Positions 27,775 to 40,430 of a DNA stretch of 64,000 nt are shown piece after piece. The position numbers were made by a program, and so were the translations under genes. The notes beneath the pieces are model-generated. The model did not search any database. It saw only the letters and a program-made list of their open reading frames with translations, and was not told where the DNA came from. This stretch comes from the human T2T-CHM13v2.0 reference genome, Homo sapiens. Numbering within the stretch: position 1 is the stretch's first letter; every line of letters starts with the position of its first letter. The DNA is taken from assembly GCF_009914755.1 (NCBI RefSeq), contig NC_060932.1; one strand, written 5' to 3'.

Positions 27775-28868
27775 GTAAATTGGTACTGGTGGAGTGGGGC
27801 GATGCTGAAAAGCTACCCAAAAATGTGGAAGTGACTTTGGAACTTGGTAACAGGCAGAGTCTGGAAAAGTTTGGGGGCTTTAGAAGAAGACAGGAAAATG
27901 TGGGAAAGTTTGTAACTCCCTAGAGACTTGTTGAATGGCTTTGATCAAAACGCTGATAATGATATGAACAATGAAATCCAGACTAAGGTGGTCTCAGATG
28001 GAGATGAGGAACATCTTGGAAACTGGAGCAAAGGCGACTCTTGTTACGTTTTAGCAGAGACAGGTGGCATTTTGCCCCTGCCCTAGAGATTTGTGGAACT
28101 TTGAACTCAAGAGAGATGATTTAGGGTATGTGGTGGAAGAAATTTCTCAGCAGCAAAGCATTCAAGAAGTGAGGTGGGTGCTGTTAAACGCATTCAGTTT
28201 TATAAGGGAAGCAGAGCATAAAAGTTCAGAAAATTTGCAGCCTGACAAGGAGATAGAAGAGAAAAACCCATTTTCTGAGGAGAAATTCAAGCCAGCTGTG
28301 GAAATTTGCATAAGTAATGAGGAGCTGAATGTTAATCCCCAAGACAATGGGGAAAATGTCTCCAGGGAATGTTAAAGGTCTTCAGGGCAGCCTTTCCCAT
28401 CACAGGCCCAGAGGCCTAGGAGGCAAAAATAGTTTCGTGGGCTGGGCTCAGGGTCCTCGTGCTGTGTGCAGCCTAGGGACTTGGTGCCTTGCATCCTTGC
28501 TGCTCCAGCTGAGACTAGAAGGGGCCAAGGTACAGCTCGGGATGTGGATTCCGAGGGCACAAGCTCCAAGCCTTGGCAGCTTCCATGTGGTTCCTGTGAG
28601 TACACAGCAGTCAAGAATTGAGGTTTGGGAACCTCTGTATAGATTTCAGAGGATGTATGGAAACACCTGGATGTCAAAGCAGAAGTTTGATGCAGGGGTG
28701 GGGCACTCAAGAACCTCTGCTAGAGCACTGTGGAAGGGAAATGTGGGGTCAAAGCGCTCACACAGAGTCCCTGCTGGGACACCGCCTCGTAGAGATGTGA
28801 GAAGAGGGCCACCGTCCTCCAGACCCCAGAATGGTAGATACAGTCACAGCTTACACTGTGTGCCTGGA
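27775..28868 (+). mobile_element. THE1 internal region, 3'-truncated (no 3' LTR)
   Basis: gtaaattggtac..aatgtggaagtgactttggaac..tttgcccctgccctagagatttgtggaactttgaac follows THE1-int and ends abruptly at an L1 junction. Confidence 0.9.
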
Positions 28869-29733
28869 TCCCTGCATCCCTGGTGTGAAACCCACTTGAT
28901 CATCTGTTCAGGTGGATTATCTGTTTGATACGTTGTTGGGTTCAGTTAGCTAGCATCTTGTTAAGGATTTTAGCACCTACGCTCATCAGGGATATCTGTC
29001 TGTAGTTTTCTTTTTTGGTTATGTCTTTTCCTGGTTTTGGTATTAGGGTGATACTGGCTTCATGGAATGATTTAGGGAGGGTTCCTTCTTTCTCTGTCTT
29101 GTGGTATAGTGTCAGTAGAATTGGCACCAATTCTTCTTTGAATGTCTGGTAGAATTCTGCTGTGAATCTAGCTGGTCCTGGACTTTTTTTTGTTGGTAAT
29201 TTTTAAATTACCATTTCATTCTTGCTCCTTGTTATTGGTCTGCTCAGGGTATCAAATAAGCTAGGAGGGTTGCATCTTGCCAGGAACTTAACCATCTCTC
29301 TAGGTTTTCTAGTTTAGGCACTTAAAGGTGTTCATAGTAGCCTTGAATGATCTTTTGTATTTCAGTGGTGTCAGCTGTAATATGTCCCTTTTCATTTCTT
29401 ATTGAGCTTGTTTGGATTTTGTCTCTATTTTTCTTGGTTAATCTTGCTAATGGTCTATCAGTTTTATTTATATTTTCAAAGAACCAGCTTTTTGTTTCAT
29501 TTATCTTTTGTATTTTGTTTTTGTTTCAATTTCATTTAGTTCTGCTCTGATCTTGGTTATTTCCTTTCTTCTGCTGAGTTTGGGTTTGGTTTGTTCTTGT
29601 TTCTCTAGTTCCTTGAGCTGTGACCTTAGATGGTCTGTTTATGCTCATTCAGACTTTTTGATGTAGGCATTTAGGGCTATGAACTTTCCTCCTTGCACAG
29701 CCTTTGCTGTATTTCAGAGGTTTTGATAGGTTT
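28869..29733 (-). mobile_element. L1 ORF2 internal fragment
   Basis: ORF 28942-29130 ([48 protein letters not shown]) is L1 ORF2 sequence at the start of the RT region. Confidence 0.9.
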
Positions 29734-31108
29734 TGGCTGTCTTTGTGAGGGTGCCAAGTGCTGGGGGGTCTAGTTCGCTGTCTTGCTACAACTTTCTCAA
29801 ATGCAAATATCTTGACCACAGAATCAGAATTGTATTCATCTTTATAATCCTCTCTATAAGGCTGCACATACCTGTTGAATGAGTGAATGAATGAGCCAAA
29901 GGAAGTGCATAGAAAATGACCAGACCTCATGGGTTATGTACATTTTATTATCTGTTTAGGTCATAATGCTGCCTGTGTTTTCCTATGTATTTGTAAAATG
30001 TAAAGGATTTCGTTTTTGTTGTCCTGTTTTTGGAGTAACCTGAGAAATTGTTTTAGATTTCTTTTGATTTACGTAGTAACTAGCAGACTTAGCTATATAC
30101 AATGCAAAGATTATTATTTGTGAAATTATTTCTAGCCATCTAACAATATCAGTATTTAGTCTAGTTAATAAATTACCTTATACAGATTATATCAGAGTTT
30201 AATATCTTTGAAAAGTTTTGGACTTATCCAAAATATATTTAATTTGGTTTACCCCAAACTGTGTGTTGAAATACAAAGTTAATATACACCATACAAATTT
30301 AAAAACAATTTAAAATATTGCTGTTCTTTACTATAACTTATACTCTTTTATTTTATCCCTTAAAATGAATCTTAAAAAATACTATTGAAGTTTATAATAT
30401 TCAAAGTAAGCCCTGTTCCTAAAATGAATTTTATAATAGATGTCTAGCAAAGCTGCTGTGTTAATAATGCAAAAATGCTGTAATTCTCTCCCAAAGAAGC
30501 AATTACTGTGAAAATCAACATTTTATTTCTGCCAAGAAAAAAAATTATTGTGTTCTACATCAGATTCTGCAAGAATCAGTTAAAAACTCTGTAAGTTAGG
30601 ACTTTACAATTTCTTTCAGTAAACTTATGAAAACAATTATGAAATAAGTATTAACTATATATTGTGTTTGAGACTTGATTTTCAGTTTATATACTTACTA
30701 AATCCTTAAGTTATAATTTTAGGTTCAAAGTATAAACTCAACTTCAACCTCAGGAATGCTTTTCCCATTATATGAGACTGCCTCAAACCTCATTTATGGT
30801 TCAGAAATGTCTTTATTATGTTACCGAGGTAATCTCTACAGCACCTAAATTGTTTATACTATTACATCTCAGAATATTTGCTATTAGGTAATTAGAGTAT
30901 CTGACAATATTAGATATTTAGGATATTTTTTCTGTGCCATTCTCTCATTACTAGGTGAAAATGAAATGTTTTTTACATATTTGACTTTGATACATCTTCA
31001 TTATGCTCTTTTATTGCTTATAAATAGAAATCATTATTTTTCTCCAGTTTGCTTATCAATAAGTTAACATATGAAGTTCTGAAAGCATGGACCATTCTCT
31101 TTTTTTCA

Positions 31109-31406
31109 TTTTTTTTTTTTTTGAGACAGGGTCTTCTCCTGTGGCCCAGGCTGGAGTTCAGTGGCGTGATCACAGCCTACTTTTAACTTCAAAATCCTAG
31201 GCTCAAGCCATCCTCCCACCTCAGCCTCCTTAGTAGCTGGGACTACAGGTGCATGCCACTGCACCCAACTAATTTTTAAAATTTTTTGTAGAGACAGGGT
31301 CTTGCTATGTCATCTAGGCTGGTCTTGGACTCCTAGCCTCAAGTGATACTCCAGCACTGGCCTGCCAAAGTACCAGGATTACAGAGGTGAGCCAACCATG
31401 TGCAGC
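31109..31406 (-). mobile_element. AluJ element
   Basis: Poly(T) then gagacagggtctt..gtgatcacagcc..gctcaagccatcctcccacctcagcctcc. Confidence 0.9.
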
Positions 31407-32999
31407 CATCTTCAGCCTATTTTAAATGAACAATTTTTTAAAAATACACTGTAAATATAACTAGCAATCATTTAACTGTAACAACTATTCAGTGAATTGT
31501 AATGTATATTTTATTACTGGTAATTAATTCATTAATAAAGGCATTCTCATTTTAGAAAAAGTGTTTTTCATTTTCTCCTAGCACTTTCATTCACCATAGT
31601 TCTCAAAACTTGCAAACTTTTAGACTGCACTCTCTCACCACTGTTTCTTGCTCTGTCTGTACTGTTTCACTGATGGTAGTGAAACAGACTACTTGGATTT
31701 TAGTGTCCACCTGTCAGTATTCAAAATCTAACATAAAACCTAGCATTAACAATGGTAATATGATCTGATGTAATTGATGTGACTTTTAAAAAATGCTGTT
31801 TGCTCCAGGAAAAAGATTATATGCAGAAACTTATTTCCTTATTAAATAATACTTGTATTTTCAAATGAACTTTATATCCTGATAGCACATGACATTTTCC
31901 CTTTAATATGAGTTTGAAAGATGAGGAAGTTGTATAACAAGAGTGAAAAGCCATTGGAATACTTTGTTGCTTGTTAGATTTAGTGCCCTTTACAAAGAGT
32001 ATGGACTTTTTTTAAGCGTTGTACAGGAAAAGTCTAATTTAATGTTTTATAAAGCACTTAGAGGTTAAATAGAACTTTTAAAATGGATTTCTTTTGACCA
32101 AGTGATTATCCTTTCAACAAGTGCTATAGAAGGAAGAATTATATAAGCATCAGCAAAAGCCTCTATATAATGTCTTGCTAGCCCATTTTTTGTAAACGGG
32201 ACTTGAGTCAGCAGAAAGGGCATTCCAATATTGCAACATTAGAATCTTTTTATAATCTTTTTATTATCTACATTTGAATAGAATCTATTATTATAGAGAT
32301 TAAATACCCTGTCCTGTGTGTGTTCCTTAGATTGAAAACAGGACAAGATTACAGTGAAAGCATCAGCTTAGGGTATGAAATTCTGAATCCAAATACATTT
32401 CAACTCCAAATAATCTCTGGGTCCAGAAAGCCAGTTGCACTGACTCAGAAAAAAGTTTATCATGCTTTTCCACCAGACAGACTCACACTTCAAGTCATTT
32501 ATTTAATTCAATTCAATGAATAACTACGGTATGCTTTTCCCTCTGTGTAGCTCTGGGGGTGTAACAGTATTCTGGGCTGAATTCCTGTATTTGTGAAGTT
32601 CATAATTTATTCAGGGCTGCAGGTGATTCTACAGTTAATTTCTGATAGAATATGAGACTAGCTATAATCATAATATAAGCAAAGTGCTGTGTGAACAGAG
32701 TAAGTAGGAGTGAAAGAGCCTTTTCCTTAGGCTGGATATTGTAGGAAAAAAATTAAATTTCTTCAGTTAATGGACAAGTGGAAAATAGGACAGAATGAAG
32801 AAAGGCCATATGCCTTGTTGAGGGAACAGAGAGTAATTTGATGTGGTTAGTGCCTGTGAGTGTTGAGAAATGAGGCTAGAAAGATAATTTGTTACTAGAT
32901 TATGAGGGACCTTGAAAGCTTTGTGGTAATTTGCTCCTAATCATCTGAGCAGTAGGAAATCATGGAATGATTTGAAGAAAGAGTGGTGTTGGGTACCTA

Positions 33000-33101
33000 A
33001 GAAACTGTTTGTTTAAAGAGACAGATGTCTCTTTCAGTGTTTGTCTGAAAAAGAATGTTTGTTGTCCCTTTTCTGGTCCTTTCACTAGAGGGAATGGCTG
33101 G

Positions 33102-33136
<35 letters not shown>

Positions 33137-33660
33137 TTGCCTGTTGGTGTTTCTGGGTTGCCCACTTCTCCAGTATCATCCAGTCCAGGATATGTGAAGT
33201 GAAAATCATTGTGTTAGTCCGGAGGTCCCTATTCTGTGTGCTTTCTTCTCTCTACCTTTCAGAATCTTCTTATGTTTGTTTTATATGTGATGTCCAGGGT
33301 GTTTGGCAGTATTTAACTAGAGGGACAAACACAAGTACATCCATCTTGTCTGGAATTAGAAATCTTAAATGGACTTTAAAAAAATGTTACAGAAGTAAAA
33401 TGTACAAATAGCGTAATACACAGATCTTAAATGCCTATTTTAATAAGTGTATATTTCCCTGTAATAATCAATGTAAAACCTTTTTATTCCCCCACAAAAT
33501 TTCCTCAGGGCCTCTTGCATGTATATCTGCCATTCCTCATAGGAAGCCACTGTTATGATTTTTATCACCATAGATTACCTTGCCTATGCTTGAAGTTCCC
33601 ATAAAATGAATCACATAGTATGTGTCTGGATAGTTTTACTTAACATATTTTTGAAATTGA
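33000..33660 (-). mobile_element. Old L1M fragments (upstream piece plus L1MC/ME-like 3' end)
   Basis: gcctgttggtgtttctgggttgcc and tcaccatagattaccttgcctatgcttgaag..aaatgaatcacatagtatgtgtctgg resemble old L1 sequence. Confidence 0.55.
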
Positions 33661-35754
33661 AGATGATTTGTAAAATACTGTGTATGTGTGTATTTTTTAC
33701 TTTAAACATTTTTAAGCCATAGAATAATATTACCAGAATAGTGTTTCAGGAAGGAAGTTAATTTTGTAGTCGATATAGTAGCTGTTTTGGGTTTGGGGGT
33801 TGTTTGATGGTTCATTATAGAAGTAGATGCATAGAGATGTTGAATTACCCACAATGTCATCAATCTGTTAATAAAACAAAGCCAAATGTATTAGAATTTA
33901 ACTGCAGTAAGAAAAACTTTGCAGTGTTTCAGAAGGAAGAAGTAGAAGAAGGATATTTATAGGGCTTTGGGATCTGTGCTGAAATGGTTTAAGGTGGGCT
34001 TTTTAAGACAGGCAGCTTATGTGGATTAGGCAAATTCTGTGATGGAACAGTTTAGGTTTGTTGGACACTGAGGCAAGAGTCTTAAAGTAAGCTGTTTATC
34101 CAAGTTGTATGGACTGTTGTCTCTGATAAATTGGTCTGTGAGAATTTCTTGAAGCAAACAGTAGGTTATTTTTTTGGTTTACAGTCTTATCCTTTGCCAG
34201 GCAAAGATTTCCTTGAATAAACTACTAAGTCATGTTGACACAGATGGTCTCAGTTCTCAGAGATAAGAGGTTGTTGATGAATTTGAGGTTTTTAAGGCCA
34301 CTACCAAGGTAATGGAAATGGGACGAGAATGGAAGAGCCATTATGTAAGAGACCAGTCACGGCTGTGTGGAGAACGAAATCAAGAGAGCCTATTTTCTTG
34401 GCCTGATGGGGCTTCCTTTTGTAGACTCTTTTTGTTTACTCTGGCATTTACTCTTAAAAGACTTTTCATAGGTACTTCAGATGGAAGAGACTCTAATGTT
34501 ACCAAAGCCAGAATCTTCTGTTTGAGTAAGAAACCCTTTTGTAAACATTGGTATTAAATAATAGTTGTTGAGCCACTTCTTAAACAATTTAGATAGGGAA
34601 CTTGCTTTCTCATGAGACAGCCAATTTTAGCTTTAGAATGCTTTATTTGTTGAGAAAGTGTTTCATATATGGAGCTGAAAACTGTTTCTTTGAAATGCTT
34701 AATAGTGCTTTCTTTCCTCCCTCTGGAATCTCATGGTATAAATACCTTCCAAGGTTCTCATATCAGCTGAACAAATATTTGAGGTGGGTGTTCACACTGT
34801 ACTCTCTTTCTAGGCAACCTGTTTCCAGCTCTTTCAGCAGTCATCATGCCACAGATTGGTAGTGTCTCCCTATCCTGGTTTCTGTTCTCTGCTTTGCTCT
34901 CCAGTTTGTCGGTGTCACCATTAATACCTGCAGCGTTCAAGTTGAATACTATTCTCCAGATGCATTCTGAACAGGGAGGAGTGGAAGTATTACCTTTTTT
35001 TCTGTGTACCAGACTTATATTACTTAAAATAACAAATTGAAACAAACAAACAACATCAACAACAAAAAATACAACTAACTTCTCTTTAGCTTTTCTAATA
35101 GCTTCATCAGACTAGAAACTCATGGTCCACTTGGTTTCAGCATTGCTAGGCATAGTTGACAGTGATTGAGAGTTTCAGAAAGATGAGCTGAAATTGTTTA
35201 CGTGCATGATGCCAAGAAGTATACTGTCCCAGTTTACTAATTAAACAAACAAAAAACACCACACAGTCGTGCAATGGAGGTAGTAGTGAGGCTATCTTCT
35301 TATTGTTTGTTTAACTTAGACTCTGCTGTAGGGAAAAACTGCTGAGATTCTTTCATGTTGATTCCCCAAATGATTACAGAATCTCATTTTAGTTGCATAG
35401 CTTGCTATTATTAGGGAAGAAAGTATCTTTCTAAACTCTTTATGAATTCAAGAATGTTATAGAGAAAGTATCAGGGGACATTAGTATAGGTATAAACTTT
35501 AAAGAGATATGTAACTTGAGCCTAATTAATTATAGATTATAATATTATGGAAATAGAGGTAAAACAAATAACATATTCCAGCTACTCTATACTTTCAATT
35601 TCCTTTTCTGAACCCTTCTAAGTGGGAATTTTTTCTTCAAATTTAATGTACTTTGGGTTGCAGTTGAGTTGGAGAATTTGAAGTTTGTCTTGTTTTTAAC
35701 ATTTTTTAAACATTCATTAGTGATATTGAAAATAACAGCTTTGGGCAGCCTTGT

Positions 35755-36140
35755 TGTCTTTGGCCATTTGGGTTGTTATAAAGGAATACCTGAGACTAGG
35801 TGATTTATAAAGAAAAGAGTTTTATTTGGGTCACCATTCTGCAGGCAGTACAAGAAGCATGGCGCCAGCATCTGCTTCTGGTGAGTGCCTCAAGCTGCTT
35901 CCACTCATAGCCAAAGTTATGGGGAGCCAGCATGTGTAGCAATCAAATGGCGAGTGAGAGGAGTGACGTACCAGATTCTCTTAAATCATGGAAACTAATA
36001 GCGGGAGAACTCATTCGTTACTGGGAGGGTGGCACCAAGTCCCCCATGATCCAAACTCCTCCTCTCAAGCCCCACCTCCAACAAATGGGGATCACATTTC
36101 AACATGAGATTTGGAGGGGACAAACATACAAACCATAGCA
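35755..36140 (-). mobile_element. MST (MSTB-like) MaLR solo LTR
   Basis: ataaaggaatacctgagactagg..aagaagcatggcgccagcatctgcttctggtgag..catgagatttggaggggacaaacatacaaaccatagca. Confidence 0.88.
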
Positions 36141-36145
36141 CTGTA

Positions 36146-36780
36146 TTCATTAGCTCATTCGCTCAGCAAAAGTTTACAGAGTGTCTGCTCTATGCTGTCT
36201 TAAGCAGTCTGGCTTGGCGCACTGCAAAATAAGTGACGAACAAAATAGATAAAGCTTATAACCTCAAAAAGCTTTTATTTTAGCCAGGGGACACAGACAG
36301 TGAAAAAGCAAATATGTCAGGTGGTAGTAAATACTTTGAGAAAAGTAAAGCAGAGTGATAGAAGGTTGAGGAGAATGCTTTTTTATATAGGGTTCTGAGA
36401 AGGCCTATCTGAAAAGAAGTCATTTAAGCAGAGACCTGAAGGAAATGAGAGAGTGATTTATATAGTATCGGAAGATGGAACAGCAAGTGCAAAGGCCCCA
36501 AAATGGAAACATTCTTAATGGTTTTTTTTTTTTTTTTTTGGAATAGCAAGGAAGCCAGTATGATTGTAGTAATGAGAGTGAGGAAGAGAGTGGTAGATAT
36601 GATTAGAGTGACACGGTGCTGTGCTGTGGGGCAGGGGCAAGAGCACAAGTTGACATGTGTTCTATATAAGCCTTGTAAACTCTGTTAGGGACCTTGAATT
36701 TTAATCTAAGTGATGTGGAAGCCATTTGAAGGATATCAAGCCAAGGAGTGAGATAATCTGACATTTTAAAAATCACTTAT
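36146..36780 (-). mobile_element. L2 fragment
   Basis: attcattagctcattc.., aagcagagacctgaagga, cagcaagtgcaaaggccc and ggaagccatttgaagg are typical antisense L2 motifs. Confidence 0.75.
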
Positions 36781-39700
36781 TTTTGAGAAAGATAGCTACA
36801 TAACTTTATTGGTTCTTTGTTCTCGTTCGGTTTATGACAACTACTAAACTAGACTGTAACGCTGGTTCTCCACAGAACACATAAATACCAACTAAAGGAA
36901 ACTTTCTTTTTTTTCCTTTTCTTTTTCTCTTTCCTAACCCACTGCCCCTGTGTCTGTCTGTACATCCAATCCTATCCCTCTTTTTCCTTTCTGCAGCAGA
37001 TATATGATGCTTGGGATGTAAAAAGAATGAGCATTGTTTGCTCTTATATTGACCCTGACGAGTTTTGGAATAGGAAGGATCGTTACTTCTTACGTTTGAT
37101 TTTTTAGATAAACTGGGAATCAAAAGGGTTAAGTGATTTGCCCAAAAGCACATAACAAGTTAATCACAAAACAGTTAGAACCCATGCTGGCTTCTTTGTT
37201 AATCCTGTATTCTTTAAAAAAAAAAAAATAGTCCTTATTATTTGGAACACTTGTTATATAACTTACTAGGTTTTTCTCTGTGGCATCTCATATTTTATAC
37301 CTTTATTTTATTAGGGTATTATTATTTATGTCTTTGTATTTTCATGACCCATTTCTTCAAAGATAATGTAAAATGCCCTGGGTGCATGATTTTTTTTTTC
37401 TCGGACCTTCTTAACGGCAGGAATTAGAGCCATAGTTACCAAAACAATTATTCTAAAGAAAGAGTACAGAGACATTGATTTGATGATGAAAGGAAGCACT
37501 GCTGGAATGTTTTCTTGGCTTCTTATGATGAGTGGAGTTTCACAGTGGTATATTTGTTTAAAATAAAAAAGATTTACTTTGAACAAAAACTATTTAAACA
37601 AGAAGACTGCTCAAATTATTGTTATGGAAAACCACTCCAGAATCTATTCATTTTTATGAAACCATTTGTAGAAATCAGAATGAATATAGTATTCTATTAA
37701 ATTAGATTGATCACCTAACAGTAACGTGTAGTGTATATAAATAAAAATTTATATAAACTCTGAATAAAATATTTTCTTGTATATAACCAATTTTGGTGGG
37801 TAATATGTCAGAGCTACAAGACTTACCTTTAAAATGATTCTTCACAAAGCGCTGATAGCTTGCTCTGATAAAAGTTTCTCAGAAGGCTGAATTCCAACAT
37901 CCTTGAGCATGGCCCTATGTGATAGAGTGGAAGAAAGAAGGTCTTTGTGCATCTCTTCATCTCTTCAATATTTAGTGGTCTTTGTGCCTCTCTCCTGCAT
38001 AGTACTGCTTCAGCCCAATGATGATGGCAGGTGGGTCATCTTCAGTCTGTCAGAGTTTGTAGGTATTACAGAAATAGCTTCTCTTTTGGTTCTCATCCCC
38101 TCCTTCATGCTTTACAACTTACATATTATCAGATAAAACTGTGCCGCCTTTCCTGCTAGTGTACCTTGAATCTCTGTGCTGTGACGTAACAGAGGCATCC
38201 ATTTTACATACTTGTTTTCTTACATTTTAGAAGTTTGGATTTTAGATTCCAGTTAAGTACTCTTTAAAGATACTCATATTATACATGGTTGGATCTCTCA
38301 AATTTTAGCTGTGAGTCTGACAAAAACAGTTACCCTTTGTACCTAATTAAACCAGATTGTAATCTAGAGACAGGGGTGTTAACTCCTATTGTCTCAGTAC
38401 TTCTGATGTATTATAATATTGCATACTGTTTCCCTAAATTTTCAGTAAATAATAAATTACTATTATTGCATATATATGGTATATTTTGGTATATATTTAT
38501 GTGTTTGCTGTTTATTTTCATTTGAGAGTCTAATAGTGTTAATTCTTTGTATTTATGTTGTCAATAAGTCAATTAAGGAAGCAAAGGAAAAGAAAGTGTT
38601 ATCTTTTCAAGAGCAGCATTCTATTTTGCAGTGCTTTCCTCAGGAAATGAAAGAAAGATTTCTCATAATCTAACAAGAACATCCAATTCCATGTTAAAAT
38701 ATTGGTTTTAAGTAAGCCAATTAAGAAAGAACCCTTCAAACTTTTCACATGACTTTGCTATTATCATTCAGACAGATGTCAGAGTCATAATATGAATACT
38801 TAAAAAGGGTTTGAAGTGTTAATAGAAGAAGCTTCCACTCTGAAATTCTATTTGCAGGAGTAGAGAAAAGATAACAGTATTATCAATTTCGTGTAGCTCA
38901 TACTGAAATGTGGATTTTAATACAAGATGTTAATATACGAATAAATATTTCATAACTTGAAAATAAAATAATTACGCCTTCTGTATGGGTGAAACAAACT
39001 GCATTGAACTCTTGATTGTGCAAATATGATCACGAGCATTTTCTAAGCACTCTTCCATTGTACAATGACACTTTAATAAAGTACTTGTAGAGAAGCATGT
39101 ATTTCAGCTATCAACTTTATTCTTTTACTATTTTGTCCTTTTAAATTTGGGAAGTTAAGTTGTAGGGCGCAAGAAGTTCATTCAGCCACCCAGAGCAACA
39201 TAAAAAACTGATAATTAGGAAAATGCTACTTTTGATCATTGAATCATATTATAAGTCATCATTTGTTGCTATAAAAGTATACTTTATGGGTTTTGGACTC
39301 CATGTTTTTACCTGACTGCTTTTTTTGAGTTACTATGTCTCAAAGCTTTATCACCATGGGTTAGTAGTTTACTAAAAGTCTGTGAAACTAACCTAATTTT
39401 ATATCAGATGGTATATTTGAGAGTTAGTCACTTTCATAATGCCTACATAAAGTAATTGAACTGGTAATGTAAATGCATATACAGCTAAAAATGCTTATGC
39501 CAAGCTATTCTCAGTAAGCTTTAAAATTTACATTTAAGAAATCTGAAATGTGGTTATGTTGGACTTTTGTTTCCTGTCCTGAACTTCTGCAATAAGCATT
39601 GTAATAAGAGTCACATCATATAGTCTGTCTTTTCAGTGATTGAATACAAGAGAAGAATGTCTAAGTTTTGTGCCCTATGTTTTTTAAACCTATATTTTTT

Positions 39701-40003
39701 ATGTTTTAGCAAGACATTTTTGATCATATATTGTGGCAAACACCACCACTAAATACCAGAAATCAAAGCACAAGTCATTTTTCTCTCTTGATGTTTTCCC
39801 AGGCCTGTAGGGGAAATGATATGTAAGTAGACAACAGCCATGCAGCTTGGTAACAATCAAATATAATGTTGAATATATTTCTGCGGGAGCAAAGATGGAA
39901 CAGCAGCTTATTGCCTAGATGACTCTATAGGAGATGTGGAATGGGAAATGGAAAAGCTCAGATGTTTACATTGAAGTGGGAATTTGACATGTGCATCCCT
40001 GGG

Positions 40004-40430
40004 TGTGTGAATTTTCTAGGGCTGTCACAACAAAATGCCACAAACCGGGTAACTTTAAAACAACACAAATTTGTTCTCTCACAGTTCAGGAGGCTGAAGT
40101 ACAAAATCAAAAGATTAGCGGGGTTGGTTTTTTTGGAGGTTCTAAGGAAAGAACCATCCCATGCCTCTTTCTTAGGTTCTAGTAGTTGCTGGCAATTGCT
40201 AGCGTTCCTTGGCTTGTATTAATAGATGCCCCACTCCAGTCTTTGCCTCCATCTTCACATCCCCTTCTTCTGTGCTTCTCTTTGTATCCTTTTCTGTCTC
40301 TTATAAAGTTATAAAGATACTCTCATTGGATTTTGGGCCCTCCTAAATCCTGAACTAATTAAATCTGTTTCCAAATAAGGTCACAGTCCAAGTTAATTTT
40401 TGGAGGAGGACATCATTCAACCTCACTACA
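40004..40430 (-). mobile_element. MLT1 (C/D-like) MaLR solo LTR
   Basis: ctagggctgtcacaacaaaatgccacaaac..ctctcacagttcaggaggctgaagt..ccaaataaggtcaca..attcaacctcactaca. Confidence 0.85.

Noticed and set aside
28329-28928. Longest ORF in the track (199 aa)
   Set aside because: It lies within THE1-int and runs into the L1 junction; it is repeat-derived with no gene context.
33830-34290. Possible ERV LTR-like segment
   Set aside because: I could not assign a family or termini confidently by eye.
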